A stretch of DNA of 64,000 nt from Podarcis muralis (taxonomy: Eukaryota), in NCBI RefSeq assembly GCF_964188315.1, contig NC_135668.1, forward strand, positions 33,976,001 to 34,040,000, read 5' to 3'. Each line of letters begins with the position of its first letter. The first letter of the stretch is position 1. The translations under genes and the position numbers were made by a program. Below, piece after piece: positions 1-12,607 of this stretch. The notes below the pieces were generated by a model. The model did no database searches, had not been told where the DNA came from, and saw only the letters and a list, made by a program, of their open reading frames with translations.

Positions 1-159
1 GTTGGAATAGACCACAAGGGCCATCGAGTCCAACCCCCTGCCAAGCAGGAAACACCATCAGGGTCAATGCCAACCAAGCAGCCCACGGTGACAGCACCAC
101 CACCAAGGCTTCACCTGCAGATTGTAGGATTTTGAGATGGTCTCCTATGTTTTACTCAC

Positions 160-252
160 CCTGTACCACATGAATATGGTTTTGAAGGCATTTTCATTTG
201 AGCAAGATCCACAAGACATGGTTATAACCTGAGATAGACCCTTAGGAGCCAC
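160..252 (-). CDS. ABAT: ABAT coding exon (human exon 8 equivalent), [31 protein letters not shown]
   Basis: 93 nt, tttacag|GTG...AGG|gtgagt. Matches vertebrate GABA transaminase, including the CGSC motif that binds the [2Fe-2S] cluster. Later exons lie outside the window. Confidence 0.97.
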
Positions 253-1182
253 CTGTAAATGGGGAGAGAACAAAAAAAGAGTTACAGTGACATTGAATCT
301 CAAAAGGCACAACACAAGAGACTTTCAAGGAAGTACATATTCTGAGCATAGTCTTCCCTCTAGGCACCACTGCCACCAGTGATCTATTAACTTTCCCTGA
401 GCAACTGGCTCCACTTCCACAATTTCCATAAATTTGATTTAGAAGCAGGACTGAATATTCGGCTTAACTTAGATTTGTCCTGTGTCTGTGCTCTATGGCT
501 TGTGCCATTGAGGCTTATGCACAGGAGCCCTAGAGGGGCCATTTTCCTCATGGCTTTACAACTGTGTAGTTCTAAACACACCTAAAGCCTTCATCATAGT
601 GTTGCGATCTCCTGGGTTGCCAGAATGGCTTACCGGTAGTTTTTTGTTGCTTATTTTACTTTTTGGCATTGCAAGATGGAAATGTTGGTAGGTGGCAGTA
701 AGGTGGGGCAGCTTGGCTCTCCAAACAGATTTTTGAGGTACAATCTGTGCTGATTTAAGCTGGGGTGGGGAACCCTCTTCACACTGAGGGCCACTTATGG
801 GTAACCTTCCGAGGGCCACATGGGAGTGGTGGGCGAGGCCAGAGGCAAAAGTGGGTGGAGCAACATGGGTACATTTTACTTTTGTACAGTAGGCGGATTT
901 CTACACACACTCATACACCTCCCCTCTGTTCCCCATCCGGGCAAGGAGAAGACATCATCAGAGTTCAATGACATATTCCAGTCAGGCAAAAACACTCAAG
1001 GTGTGAAGAAGAACCAGTGAGGGACATGGCTCGTGCAGAGGAGATGGGGTCAGGAGGGTTGAACCTGAACCACTCACACTACAACAGGAAATTTAAAACT
1101 ACACCAGGAGGTTGGCTGCTGTGCAACGAAACCTTCCAAACCATCCATGCCGGGGCCATTTCTCTGCCAATGCAAAACGTAC

Positions 1183-1263
1183 CGAAAGCAACGATTCCTT
1201 TAGCCTTTCAGCAAAGTTCTCTGGGGGAAGAATCCCCAGCGCAGGCCTGTTGACAAAGGTACT
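1183..1263 (-). CDS. ABAT: ABAT coding exon (exon 7 equivalent), [27 protein letters not shown]
   Basis: 81 nt, ttttccag|AGT...TCG|gtacgt. Length and sequence match the human exon [27 protein letters not shown]. Confidence 0.97.
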
Positions 1264-1690
1264 CTGGAAAACAAGGCAAAAAGCTTGAAGTCAGCACTGA
1301 ACAGCACAACCTTTACCAACCTCATGCCCTCCAGGTGCTTTTGGACTACAAAAAGGAGGTACTGGCTGGGGGGACGATGGGAACTGAAGTCCAAAACAGT
1401 TCCCTATGTTTGTAAAGGGAAGGCTCTTAGGCTTCTTTGTAGAGCCTCTGCCTTGAAAGCAGAAGGTCCCAAGTTCAATCCCTGGCATCTCCAGACAGGG
1501 CTGGGAATAACCCCCTGGTCTGAAACCCTGGAGAGCCGCTGCCAGTCAGTGTAGACAACACTGAGCTAGGTGCACCAATAGTTTGATTTCAGTATAAGAC
1601 AGACAGGTTCCTATATTCCTATGTACTTTACATTTTTTAACATCTGCACCTGTCTTCTTCCTCCTTTCCCGAGTTTCCCCTTTCATCTTA

Positions 1691-1762
1691 TTCCTTCCTT
1701 CCTTCCTTCCTTCCTTCCTTCCTTCCTTCCTTCCTTCCTTCCTTTCTTTCTTTCTTTCTTTC
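1691..1762. repeat. Compound microsatellite (TTCC)13(TTTC)5
   Basis: Read directly. Confidence 0.95.
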
Positions 1763-2212
1763 ATATAATAAAAGTACAGGCTGATTCACACAAAAATATG
1801 GTTTGGGATTTGCCTGATGGACCTCTGGTTGAGTGGCTCACCCATAAGGGGTAGCGAGCCACAGATCTGAAGGCTCCAGGTTTGATTTCAAGGAAGCCCA
1901 AACAGATGGGCACTACCTGTAGCAAAGAAAAGCAGAGGGGGACAATGGGAAAGTAGAGGAAGAAACTTAAGAGGTGGGCCTGGGTGGTGGTGGTTGAGAG
2001 CCAGAAATGGCCCTATAAGAGATGTTTCTCCAATTCCTAGAAAATTGGAAAACCTGGCCACCTTCCAGAAGCAAACTCCAGCATGCAGTTTCTAAAACCA
2101 GAGGGGAAAGAAGTAAAATTCAGGCAATATTGGGCACTGCTTATCAACAAATAAATAAATCTCAACATGGGTAGGAGTTGCTTCAGTGACTTGGGTGAAA
2201 GAAGCACCTTAC

Positions 2213-2262
2213 CAGATTCCGGGGCTGCTGGAGGAGTTTTATTAGAGCTGGATGGCTGTAAC
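2213..2262 (-). CDS. ABAT: ABAT coding exon (exon 6 equivalent), (G)YSHPALIKLLQQPRNL
   Basis: 50 nt, gttttag|GT...CTG|gtaagg. Phase 1 in, phase 0 out, consistent with its neighbours. Confidence 0.96.
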
Positions 2263-4391
2263 CTAAAACAAAACAGAGAGAATTTCCAATGGTTTTCAAG
2301 GAACCCTGCCACCTTACAGCTAACATGTTCAAGGTGTACTTAACTGCCCTCAACCCACTGTATGCCTTTTAGGGGGAGAAAAAGGAGGGCATTGCCAAAA
2401 GCTTAGCTTGCCGAAATAAATAATTTTAGGAGAGGAAATGTTGGTAGGTGGAAAGCATACCCTTCGAAGGTTTTTGGAAAACGTAATTTTGAGTCTGGGA
2501 GCTGTTGATGACCACATTCTAGCTCACTTCCTTTTTCTCATTTATGTTGTCATTTGAACGTGAGGAACAGAAACTCAGGAAATCAACACGAACATTGGCC
2601 TGGTTTGCACATAATGCTAAGCTAAACCATGGCTATGTGTAACCAAGCAAGTGTACTGGCACCCAGGGAGGAAATCACAGCCATTTCGCTCCTCTCCCAG
2701 TCTTTCTGTTCCTGGAACAAACTTGATTGCAGCTTGTGGCTTATTTGGAGCAAGAGAGCTAAGCCAGGGTTATGCATGTAACCCTAAGCTAAACCATGGC
2801 TTAACTCCAGGTAGTGCAGTGACTGTGGGATCAGGGGAGGAACCAAGTGGCCACAATTTTTGCACTGTGCACCACAGAATCATAGAATTGGAAGAGACCC
2901 AAGGGTCATCTAGTCCAACCCCCTGCAATACTTACTCATTCAGACAAAGCCATTGTTTGGCTTAGTGGTGCATGCAAAATGGATCCCTGCCTGACCTCAA
3001 CTGCTCTGTTATTTGACAGAGTGCTATTGTGAATTTTCATTTCACAAGGGCAGTAGCTACTTCTAGGGTAGCTCTCTGGGACAGCTGTCCCTGAAGCTGG
3101 AAGAAAATAGAGCGCCTCCAAGGACGAACAGGGCATACACAGGGAAAGAGCATGATTTAGGAATCAGCACAGTGGACAGCAACAAATTCAGATGCTTCTC
3201 CCCAAAAGGGACACTTTAGCCACCCTATTGAAGCCCAGATACAAAGAGCAGTGACTGTGATTATGGGACTTGCCAGCACCCACTTTTAGTAGGAGGCCCA
3301 GTCCACACTCTCCATGCTCCTCTTTTAAATGCCCCCCTCCAAACTAGTTTCAGAATCACTGATACTGGAATAACTAACTACAACTAAAAGCACTGCAGTG
3401 ACCACCTGCAAAGTCTCCAAAAGTTGTGTGTGCACCAATTATTCTGGCAACGATCCTAAAGCCATGCGACTGGTTTGTCACATTCTACTAATGACATGAT
3501 TGCTTACCCTGAGCAGGCTGAGTGTTTTGAACATTCCGTCAAATCACAGCAGCTTAGCAGGCAGCAAGTGACCCATTAATTTCTACACAATCAAGAGTTT
3601 GCAAGCTGAGCGTCACAAGCCCCGTTTTCACAACCTCAAATATTTCATTGACAGCTTGCGGGCCCAGCTGGTGCTCTTCTGACGCCGGTGTATTGTTGAA
3701 ACAGCTCAGACATAGTAACTACACAGCAGCTAGCCAAAATAAAATGGCACACTCTTGTGGTCATTAATCTGCATTCCTGCCCTTCAGGAGCTTGGAGGCC
3801 TAGCCAGTTCCACTTCTGTAGCTATCCAGTTCTGTTTGGAAGTCTTACGTAAAGGCTAACCTACTTTCTTCGGAGTTTGGAAAGTTCCTCCTAGCGCCTT
3901 GCTCAATGACAACCCTGGCTCTAGACCAGAACGTGCATTTCGGGCCAACATTTGCTCAAATTTAGGACTCACAACACGGAAAGAAGAATGCTAAACTTGC
4001 ATTGCAGGACCAGCGCAGAGTCTGCAAAGTCCAGCCTCCTGTTTGTTTGTTGTTTATTGCATTTATCCCCCTTCCTTTTCTCCAAGGTACTCAAGGTGAC
4101 CTACATGGTTCTCCCACGCTCCTCACTTAATCCTCACAACAACCCCGTGAACCTGAGAGTTAACCTGAGAGTGAGTTGCTGGCCCAAGCTCACCCAGTGA
4201 GCTTCGTGGTGAAGTGAGGATTTGGACCCTGGTCCCAGTTGGACACTAACCACAATAACAAATGTGACCAGCCAGATGCCTCCAGAAAGACCACAAGGAG
4301 GGCATGAAGTAGCCACCCTGTTATTTGCCCCAGCAGTTTTTCTTCAGAGGTAGATTGCCACTGTACAGGGAAGTTCTTTTTTTTGCTGTCA

Positions 4392-4667
<276 letters not shown>

Positions 4668-5774
4668 TCATTGCCCCCCCCCCCCAGGGAAAGACCATTC
4701 AGGCCATTTAGCACAGGAGGAGGAGGGGGGCTGTCTCTGGTTTTAAAAAAGACTTGAGCCCTCGACACTGTCCCGGTCTGCCTGCTTTCTCCCTGGCAGA
4801 GCCCTGAAGTTAAGGGCCAGTCAACACACGGCACTCTTTATTCATGCTTTTTCGATTGTGCTTGAAGCAGTCACTTTTTATTCTGAATAAAAAGCAATGC
4901 GCCCTTGGTCCAGACTGGGGTCCTGTACCAACTTCCTACTTGAAAATGGTCACATGCACACACAGTAAGCTGCTTCTCAGCATAGTATCAGGGAAACCGA
5001 GTTTGCTTTTTTCCTCTCCCCTCCCCCTCCCTTTTGTGCCTTTAAAAAAAAAAATAGATTGTAAATCTCCAGGTAGGGGCTGTCTTGTTTTAACTGATGG
5101 TCTGTCAGCTGTTCTGAAAGGCTTTTTAGCTGAAGAGCAGGGTACAAATGCTCTAAATAAAAAAATATGAATCCAAATAAGGAAAACTCCAGCTCCCAGG
5201 CCTAAGAAGACTGGCCCCGGGTTCTCCATTTGGTCCCTAAGGCTGTGTGGGCCAAGCCACACCCATACCTGCCCTGTCATCCATGTTGGCAGGTAAAGAA
5301 GGCTGAGCCAAAATAGGGTTTGCTTGCATCAGCTGATTGCTGGGGTTTGCAAAAAGCACTGGGCTTTTCGCCCATGTGGTTTGATTTCAAACCCTGCGGG
5401 CAAAAACAACCCACCTGACATCATTGTGATACCAGGCGACAGAGAGTTCGGAGGCTCTGACAACTGGTCAAATGTGGCCCATGGAGAGGGGGGTGGGAGA
5501 GATAAGGACAGACAAATAACAGCCATGAGGGAACTCTCCAAGGCCCCCCCATCTGCAGCGGCTTCCAAGCCAGGGACTGTGGGCCACTTTCCCCCTTGAA
5601 AATCAATATGGCCAACTTCTCAAAAAAGTATTGAATGTCCTCCCCCCCATTTGCAAGGAGGGTGGCCTGCCCATCCACAGTTGATTTGCTGCCTAGTATT
5701 CTTATAAGGCTCTGCAGGTAAGGGGTTTGGGGGCAAAAGATTTATATTTTTACACTAAAAACAGGATAAATTAC

Positions 5775-5804
5775 CTGAATTCTATTCAACTGTTTCATTA
5801 ATTC
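5775..5804 (-). CDS. ABAT: ABAT coding exon (exon 4 equivalent), ELMKQLNRIQ
   Basis: 30-nt exon, cttccag|GAA...CAG|gtaatt. Human counterpart is ELMKQLNIIQ. Confidence 0.95.
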
Positions 5805-6608
5805 CTGGAAGGAAAGAGATAAAGAATATTATGAATATAACTAGCGGCTTAAGCAGGATGATATTTTGGATAGATACACTGAGCTAAGTCATGGTTCGGC
5901 TTAGCATGTTGTCTGAACAGGGCTTGTGGTTTGGATTTCCAAACCACAGGGCAACCTTGGTTCGTCTAGAAAGAGCTGAAGTGTGAGCCTGGGTTCCGGC
6001 AACACTATAAGCTAAACCATAGCTCAGTTCAGCTGAGGAACTAATTGGCTGCACTCTCTCCTCTTGGAGTCTGCACACCTTCCGCTAAGCCATTGGGTGG
6101 CTTAGTGTGACGTATCAATTGGGATTGATAGGTCCGTCAATTTCAGTTTCTGTTGGTTTCACATTTTTCAAATCCTAAATTTGGTTCTTCAAATTTTCTG
6201 TGGCCGTTTGGGTTTTCCTTTTTTAAAACTTCATGAGAGTTGTTCAGTATTTAGCACAAATTTCTCCTCAGCATGTTTTGGTATGCACTTTCGACTAAGG
6301 AACACCTCTCCGCAAGCAATTTCTCCTAACACACATCTGTATGTTATTTTCTCAAATATGTTCATTTTTATAGGCACACCTTCTCCTAATAGATGCGTTT
6401 TTGTGAACACTAGGTGGAAAACAGCATCACAAAATTTGTAGAAGTGCAAATCTGGAAGCATGGCTGCCTTTCAATTCTCATTTTGTTTTGAAAAATGTGA
6501 TTGTGACAGTTTAAATGCACACTGAATCGAATTCTCCCCCATCCCTGCATCCAAACCAGGCCAATAACAAGGGGCTTGAAAGACGCCTGTCTCAATGCAT
6601 CAGTTTAC

Positions 6609-6706
6609 CCTGGATCTTGGGCCGGGGACTTCTGTCTTCATGAGGGGCCCATCATAGTCAAACTCCACATCGATTTTTGCTGCAGCTTGACTGATTCCTC
6701 TGTGCC
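6609..6706 (-). CDS. ABAT: ABAT coding exon (exon 3 equivalent), (G)[32 protein letters not shown]
   Basis: 98 nt, ccttgcag|GG...AGG|gtaaac. Contains the conserved [15 protein letters not shown]. Confidence 0.97.
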
Positions 6707-7439
6707 CTGCAAGGAATATAAAGTTAACCAATTTGAAGTCATTTTTTTAAAAAGGTTAAAGGGGCACAATAGGACTCCCTTCTGGGTAATATGTATAGAG
6801 TTGCATTGTATATAGGGCCGGCCCAGGCATTAGGCAGAACCAGGCTGCTGCCTCAGGTGGCAGAAGCACTCCATGGGGCACCTGCTGCTTCCGCCAGTGG
6901 TAGAGAAGCACTGCCTTCGTCAGTGCAGATTTCGGGCAAGATTGTGTCCATTTGGGGCAAGATCTTGGTGGTGGGCAGTATGGTGGTAGCTGCAGGGCAA
7001 GGTGGCACTTCTGGGATCACCTCAAGTGGTGAAACAGGACTCGCCACCCTGAGTGTACATATCTATTTAACAAATCCATTGCAGTGAAATAAAGTGGTCT
7101 TCTAGCAAAAACCAGTCCAAACGCCTTTTCTGAGACACTGGTGGAAGCCTCTGACATAATTTATTAAGCAAAGGCTACCAAGCATTGGCTAGAAGCCCCA
7201 TCTGTCCAAACTGAGCTGACACACTAGGACCAAAAATAGCCTCGCCTCCCCAAGAAAAAGATTAATAAGTATGCCCTCCAGTGATGAAACTAGCCGAAAC
7301 TTTAGCTGATTTAATTTATTGATCAGAGCTTGATTGATCTGACTGCATTGCACGTGTGGCAGTGAAGCCTCTGAACACTGATCAGCTGAGTTGATGGGAT
7401 GGCAATAGAGGATTCATGAACATTCCTGCTGGTCGGAAA

Positions 7440-7618
7440 AGCTGTAGCTTAGTGGCAGAGCATCTGATTTGCATGCAGAAGGTCCCAGGTTCAATCCCCA
7501 GAATTTCCAGGAAGGATTAGGAATGTCCTGCCTGAAATCCCGGAGAGCTGCTGCCAGTCAGTGTAGACAATACTGAGCTAGATGGACCAGCTCAGAATGA
7601 GGCAGATTCCTATGTTCT
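7440..7618 (+). mobile_element. tRNA-Ala-like-headed SINE with a TTCCTATG tail (representative of about 10 copies)
   Basis: TAGCTTAGTGGCAGAGCAT...GGTTCAATCC head and GCTGCCAGTCAGTGTAGACAATACTGAGCTAGA body. Other copies: about 1438-1623(+), 18583-18742(+), 18743-18893(-), 22706-23550(+, split), 31520-31625(-), 31640-31710(+), 40045-40275(-), 51375-51570(-), 54070-54245(-). Confidence 0.8.
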
Positions 7619-8256
7619 TTCCTCTATTTCATTGCGCAGATGACAGAGCACATTATTTCCATGCTGAAGTTCCCAGGCTCAATCCGTGTCGTCCCCAGTT
7701 ACAAAAGAAAAAGGTCATTCAGATAGCAGGTGATGTGTAAAACCTCTCATTGAGATGCTGAAAAACCACTAGCAACGATGAACTAGATTAAAGAATGGGG
7801 AATCTGTGGCCCTCCAAATGTATTAGACTTTGTGGGTATACAATGCAGGACATATATCTGCCTCTATGATAAGAGGCCAATCTACCTTTTCACCAAAATT
7901 CTGGCGCGTGGTGAAAAAATGCCCAAATTCAGATTGCAGTTTTGCTAACAGGAAATCTTCACAGAGCAGGAGGCCAAGCCTGAGGGAACTGCGTAGCAAG
8001 TAAACAATTATTGTGCAATGTTCTGGGAGATGAATCCTATTTATTGGATGCTTGAAGAGTAACACGAGAAGCTCCAGAGGATAAACAAGATGCAGAAGGA
8101 GGCAGTTTGTACCAGACAACCCCAGCCCTTTCCCAGCCGAGAGGAATTTAAAAGCCTCTTGAAAGGCCAGAACAGAAAGGGGAGATTTTGGATCCTGGCT
8201 GGTTTTGCTCACGGAAAGACGTTTTGTAAGGAACATGGGAATCTGCCTTATACTGA

Positions 8257-8595
8257 GGTCGCATTCACCCCATACACTGAGAGCGCTATGATACCACTTT
8301 AAACAGTCACGGCTTCCCTCAAATACCTCTGGGAGCTGTAGTTTGTTAAGGGTGCCGAGAGTCACTAGGAGAGCCTTATATTTCCCTCACTGAGCTACAA
8401 TTCCCATAGTTCCCTGGAAAGACGGACTGACTGTTAAAGCACTTTGGGAACTGAAACTCTGGGAGGGGGATTAAGGCCTCCTAGCAACACTCAGCACCCT
8501 TAACAAACTACAGCTCCCAGAATTCCTTGGGGGAAGAAGCTATGATTGTTTTAAGTGGTGTCATAGTGCTTTAAATGCATGGGGTGAATGTGGCC
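8257..8595. mobile_element. Long-TIR foldback MITE (possibly PIF/Harbinger)
   Basis: About 100-bp imperfect TIRs (GGyCrCATTCACCCCAT...GGGAGCTGTAGTTTGTTAAGGGTG) with TGA/TAA flanks. A second copy lies at about 9310-9625, with fragments near 16.1-16.3 and 29.0-29.2 kb. Confidence 0.7.
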
Positions 8596-9145
8596 TAAGT
8601 AAGACAGCCCAACCACCTGCGCACCTCAGCATTTTTCACAGAAGCACAGGGGAGCCTTTTTCTGTCTGCCGGTCACATGATTTTGGTCAGCTTTCTGGAT
8701 CCCCAATTTGTTGTCCTTTCCACCACCCTACTGCATTTAGACAGGGGGTGGGAGCGGGGAAGCCTTTTGTTGGCTACAAGCCTAAATTAAACAAAGGGCA
8801 GGGGTAGGGCAGGTGCTAGAGGAGGCCTCTGCAGGAGCAGGGTCACCCACAGGTGCTGTGTTTGCAGATCATGAGTGCCAGCTATTTCCCTAGCAATGCC
8901 CCCTTGCCCCTTTGTTTGTGCAACACAGATAATAAGTGCCATCTGATTGCTGCAAACACAGAACCACATTTCCCACCCTTCCTGTAATACTGATCCAACG
9001 TTTTCCAGAGAGTTGCAACAGACCAGGCCAACCGACTAACTCATTTGAGAAGGGAATTGTGACTTAAAAGCAGGTGGGTTTTCCAAAACTGGGTTGCAGC
9101 ATGGGAAAGGATTTTAACATAAAACCGCATAACTGTAGTTGGAAG

Positions 9146-9235
9146 CATACCTGTCAACATTTCCCTTTTCTTGTGAGGAATCCTATTCAGAATAAGGAAA
9201 TTTCCCTTTAAAAAAGGGAAACGTTGACAGCTATG
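9146..9235. mobile_element. 90-bp hAT-type MITE
   Basis: 21-bp TIRs (19/21 match, CATACCTGTCAACATTTCCCT) and a perfect 8-bp TSD GTTGGAAG; sits inside a CR1-type tail fragment. Confidence 0.85.
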
Positions 9236-9309
9236 GTTGGAAGGGACCCAAAGGGTCATTTGGTTCAACATCCTGCAATGCAGTGATCACAGCTGAAGAG
9301 TCTTACTGT

Positions 9310-9625
9310 GCAGTCCCGTACAGATACCACTTTAAACAGTCATGGCTTCCTCTAAAGAATCCTGGGAGCTGTAGTTTGTTAAGGGTGCTGAGAGTTGTTA
9401 AGAGACCTCTATTGCTTGCACAGAGCTATAGTTCCCAGAGTTCCCGTGGAGAGGGGTTGACTGTTAAACCACACTGGGAATTATAGCTCTGGGAGGGGAA
9501 CAGGGGTCTCCTAACAACTCTCAGCACCCTTAATAAACTACAGCTCCCAGAATTCTTTGGGGAAAGCAATGCCTGTTTGAAGTGATATCATGGTGCTTTA
9601 AATGTGTGGTGTGAATGTGGTACAA
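9310..9625. mobile_element. Second copy of the long-TIR foldback MITE
   Basis: Colinear with 8257-8595; internal inverted arms gggagctgtagtttgttaagggtgctgagag / ctctcagcacccttaataaactacagctccc. Confidence 0.7.
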
Positions 9626-9843
9626 GGCAAGCCCCCCACCCCGAATTTCAATGATATTTTCCCTCCCCTCTAGTAATTTCCAAATGCGATTTATTTTCTC
9701 CAAAAATAGATGAAGACTGGTGGGAGGAAGGGGGGGAAACATGGGGGAGATATTCATCACAGGACTAATATAAGCCACTGCCTTGAGCTGTGGAACTCTA
9801 CCAATATCTCCATTCTGTTTCATGTGCTTTCCCCACCACTTAC

Positions 9844-9913
9844 CAGCTGCAATAATCCTAGAGTTCTGTTGCAACGAACTCGTTAGATGTCGGCTGAGCA
9901 GCATCAACGCCAT
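9844..9913 (-). CDS. ABAT: ABAT first coding exon, MALMLLSRHLTSSLQQNSRIIAA(G), mitochondrial presequence; whole exon spans 9984-9844 with 71 nt of leader
   Basis: 70 coding nt ending G|gtaagt, the same length as in human. Acceptor tctcccag| at 9984. Peptide is rich in Arg/Ser/Leu with no acidic residues. Confidence 0.93.
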
Positions 9914-11894
9914 TTCCCCTTTTCTTCCGCCACAAAAACAAAAACAAAGGATCAAACCCTTTTTCCTCCCTTGCTGCTGATGACCTGGGAGACAGAGAAG
10001 GAAGAGACTCAACACACAAGCAAATACATTCTTCCTGTGGCCATGAATCATAGCCCCATAAGAACAACAGCCTGTTGGATCAGGCGCCCAACAGTCCACC
10101 ATGCTGTTCTCACAAGGGCCGACCAAATGCCTGTGGAAAACTAGCAAGCAGGATTCCAGCACAAAAACACCCTCCTCTCCTTTGCTTTCCAGCAACTGGT
10201 ATTCAGAAGCATTTCTGCTGCGGACTGTGAAGGCAGAGCACAGCCATTGTGGTTAGTAGCCAATGACAGCCTAGTTCTCCATGAATTAATCACCACCATC
10301 CTGTCCTGTGTACACAAATAGTTGACCTGTAAACTCATATTCACATATAACATTCAAAGTTGTATGTTTCTGTGTATAACTGTTAAGTTGTGGGTGAACA
10401 TATCAGATGACACAGCAATTCTTCAAACTGTTCTTGTTCATTCACAGGCTAGAACAGAACTGAACTGAAGGGTTCAGCCAGCCTGCTTATATAGAGCTCC
10501 ACTACAACGCAACTGTAACAACTTTCTGTAACTATCCAGTCACTGAACATCACTTTCAATCCCTTATTTGCATACGTGGACCTGAGTGAAAACTATCTAT
10601 AGTATCCCCCTGCTGGCCCAGGGTGAGAACCTCAGTACATAACATATACAGTAGCTGAGGTGTACATATTGACAAGCTTATACTCTTAAACACAAACACT
10701 CCTAGACGTGCAAAGATGAGTTCTACCTGTATTCAGTGGAACACGTGAATGAGCTTTACTATGAAGTTCTGCTTTTGTTGCTGTTTCAGTTTTATTTAGC
10801 TTTATAAATGGGAGCTGCGCCCAGTATTGGTTAGAATGCACATAATCTCAATATGTACACTGGTGTTATACTATACTGTTAATACTTTGATTTAATGAAA
10901 GGAACGTACCTACCCCCAGCTCCCCCCCCCCCCCGGTTCATCCCTGTCCCGTTGTGGAAGTTTTTCAAAATCTGTATATCTGGCCTCTGCTGTCCCACTG
11001 AAGCCACTTCCTTTTCACATTAACATTAACAATGGGCAAAGAATTTAGAAAGACTAATTGAAATGCTAGCATCGTTCCCTTATGTTGCTCCCCCCCTCCT
11101 TCATGGCCCACTTTCCTTCTTTCCTTCCACAGACTGAATTCGATCAATAATTTCAACTCCAGATTCAAAACCTTTAAGAAAAAGATAATTTTTTTTGCTA
11201 ACCTCTGACAGTGGGAATTTACCATCTTTATTTTGAGAGATCTTCTTGTATTGTGTTTTGCACATAGCAACTTTTATTTAGCTCCTAGCTAGCAGTTCCT
11301 GCTTTTCCTCTTATACGGTATTGGAAAGGTCATAAATTGCCACGGCAACACGCAAAGCTGGAGAGGTTGCAGGCTTTTACTCGGGTTTATTTTGTCTGAC
11401 ACTCAAATCGCCTTCATGTTACAGACGGCCCAGGGAAATGTAACTCTCCCTGTGGAATCTATCCAAACAAGCAGTCAAATGTCTTAAAGCGAAAAGGGGC
11501 TTTGTAATTCTTTCTCCATCCCATCATTAAATCTCTCCCTTTCCTGGCGCACTGAGTCTTGGTATGCATCCCTGCTGGGAAAGCAGGTCAGATCAAGTTC
11601 AGCATATGATATGCGCTGACTCATGGACCATGCTGGGGTCACCCAATCCCATTGCACCGATGCATCCAAGGATTCTTGCTCAACACTATTCCAAGCTTCT
11701 ACATTTGCAGCCGATTGCTCCCGGGTTGCATACTTTATTACAAATGAATAAAGCACATCCTTGTTTGCAATGCCCATGTGTTCTACACACTATTTAGTAG
11801 CATAAGAAGAGCCTGCTAGATCATGCCAATGGCCCATCTAGTCCAGAATACTGTTCTCACAGTCGCCAACCAGCAGGGGCGGCCTGCAAGAGAC

Positions 11895-12260
11895 TGGTAT
11901 TGACGAATTGGAAGAATAAAGGTACGGATCCCCTTTAATCAATGGATTCATGACGTGACAACACTTGCAACATATGAACAGATTGCTTAAAGACGTAGAC
12001 GTTGCTGTCTCAATAAATGAAACTGATCTGTAGGAAATGTAACTTGAAAAAAGAGACATTGCACATACTTTTGCAAACCAAGAAATCTTTAATAAAAAAT
12101 ACACTTTAAAAGAAAAAAAGACGTAGACTTTGGATAACATTTGGAACGAGTTTATACAGAATACAGCAGGTTACTAATAATCATATATGTATTAGGACAA
12201 TAATATCATTTAAATATCTATAAAATAATGTATGGAAACATAACTGATTACCGTATATTT
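11895..12260 (+). mobile_element. Older degraded L1 ORF2 C-terminus, host of the 12001-12116 insert
   Basis: Frameshifted translation LTNWKNK...NQWIHDVTTLATYEQIA resembles the L1/Tx1 ORF2 end. Confidence 0.55.
12001..12116 (+). mobile_element. L1 3'-terminal fragment (same family as 17101-18170) with a 12-bp TSD
   Basis: AAAGACGTAGAC at 11989-12000 and 12117-12128. Shares TGTCTCAAxAAATGAAACTGAT...GAGACATTGCAC...AAATCTTTAATAAAAAA with 18056-18157. Confidence 0.85.
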
Positions 12261-12265
12261 GTTAT

Positions 12266-12607
12266 AGGTAAAGGGACCCCTGACCATTAGGTCCACTCGT
12301 GGCCGACTCTGGGATTGTGGTGCTCATCTCGCTTTATTGGCCAAGGGAGCTGGCGTATAGCTTCCAGGTCATGTGGCCAGCATGACGAAGCCGCTTCTGG
12401 CGAACCAGAGCAGCGCACGGAAACGCCGTTTACCTTCCTGCCGGAGTGGTACCTATTCATCTACTTGCACTTTGACTTGCTTTCAAACTGCTAGGTGGGC
12501 AGGAGCTGGGACCGAGCAACGGGAGCTCACCCCGTCACGGGGATTCGAACTGCCGACCTTCTGATCGGCAAGTCTTGGGCTCTGTGGTTTAATCCACAGC
12601 ACCACCC
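12266..12607 (-). mobile_element. Sauria SINE, near full length
   Basis: tRNA-like head (GGTGCTGTGG...GTTCGAATCC on minus) and CCTTTACC tail; highly similar to the copy at 13329-13679. Confidence 0.88.

Noticed and set aside
678-2451. Exact 18-mer GGAAATGTTGGTAGGTGG repeated at 678-695 and 2434-2451
   Set aside because: It resembles the TIR of the MITE at 9146-9235, so dispersed transposon ends explain it.
7278-7305. Hammerhead-like GTGATGA...CCGAAAC
   Set aside because: C3 is substituted, stem II does not pair and no stem I can be formed.
9530-10195. 221-aa ORF as a standalone gene
   Set aside because: It is the ABAT first coding exon plus open intronic and repeat-derived flanks.
11484-11777. 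97-aa minus-strand ORF in ABAT intron 1
   Set aside because: No recognisable domain, and the length is within chance expectation for six frames of 64 kb.
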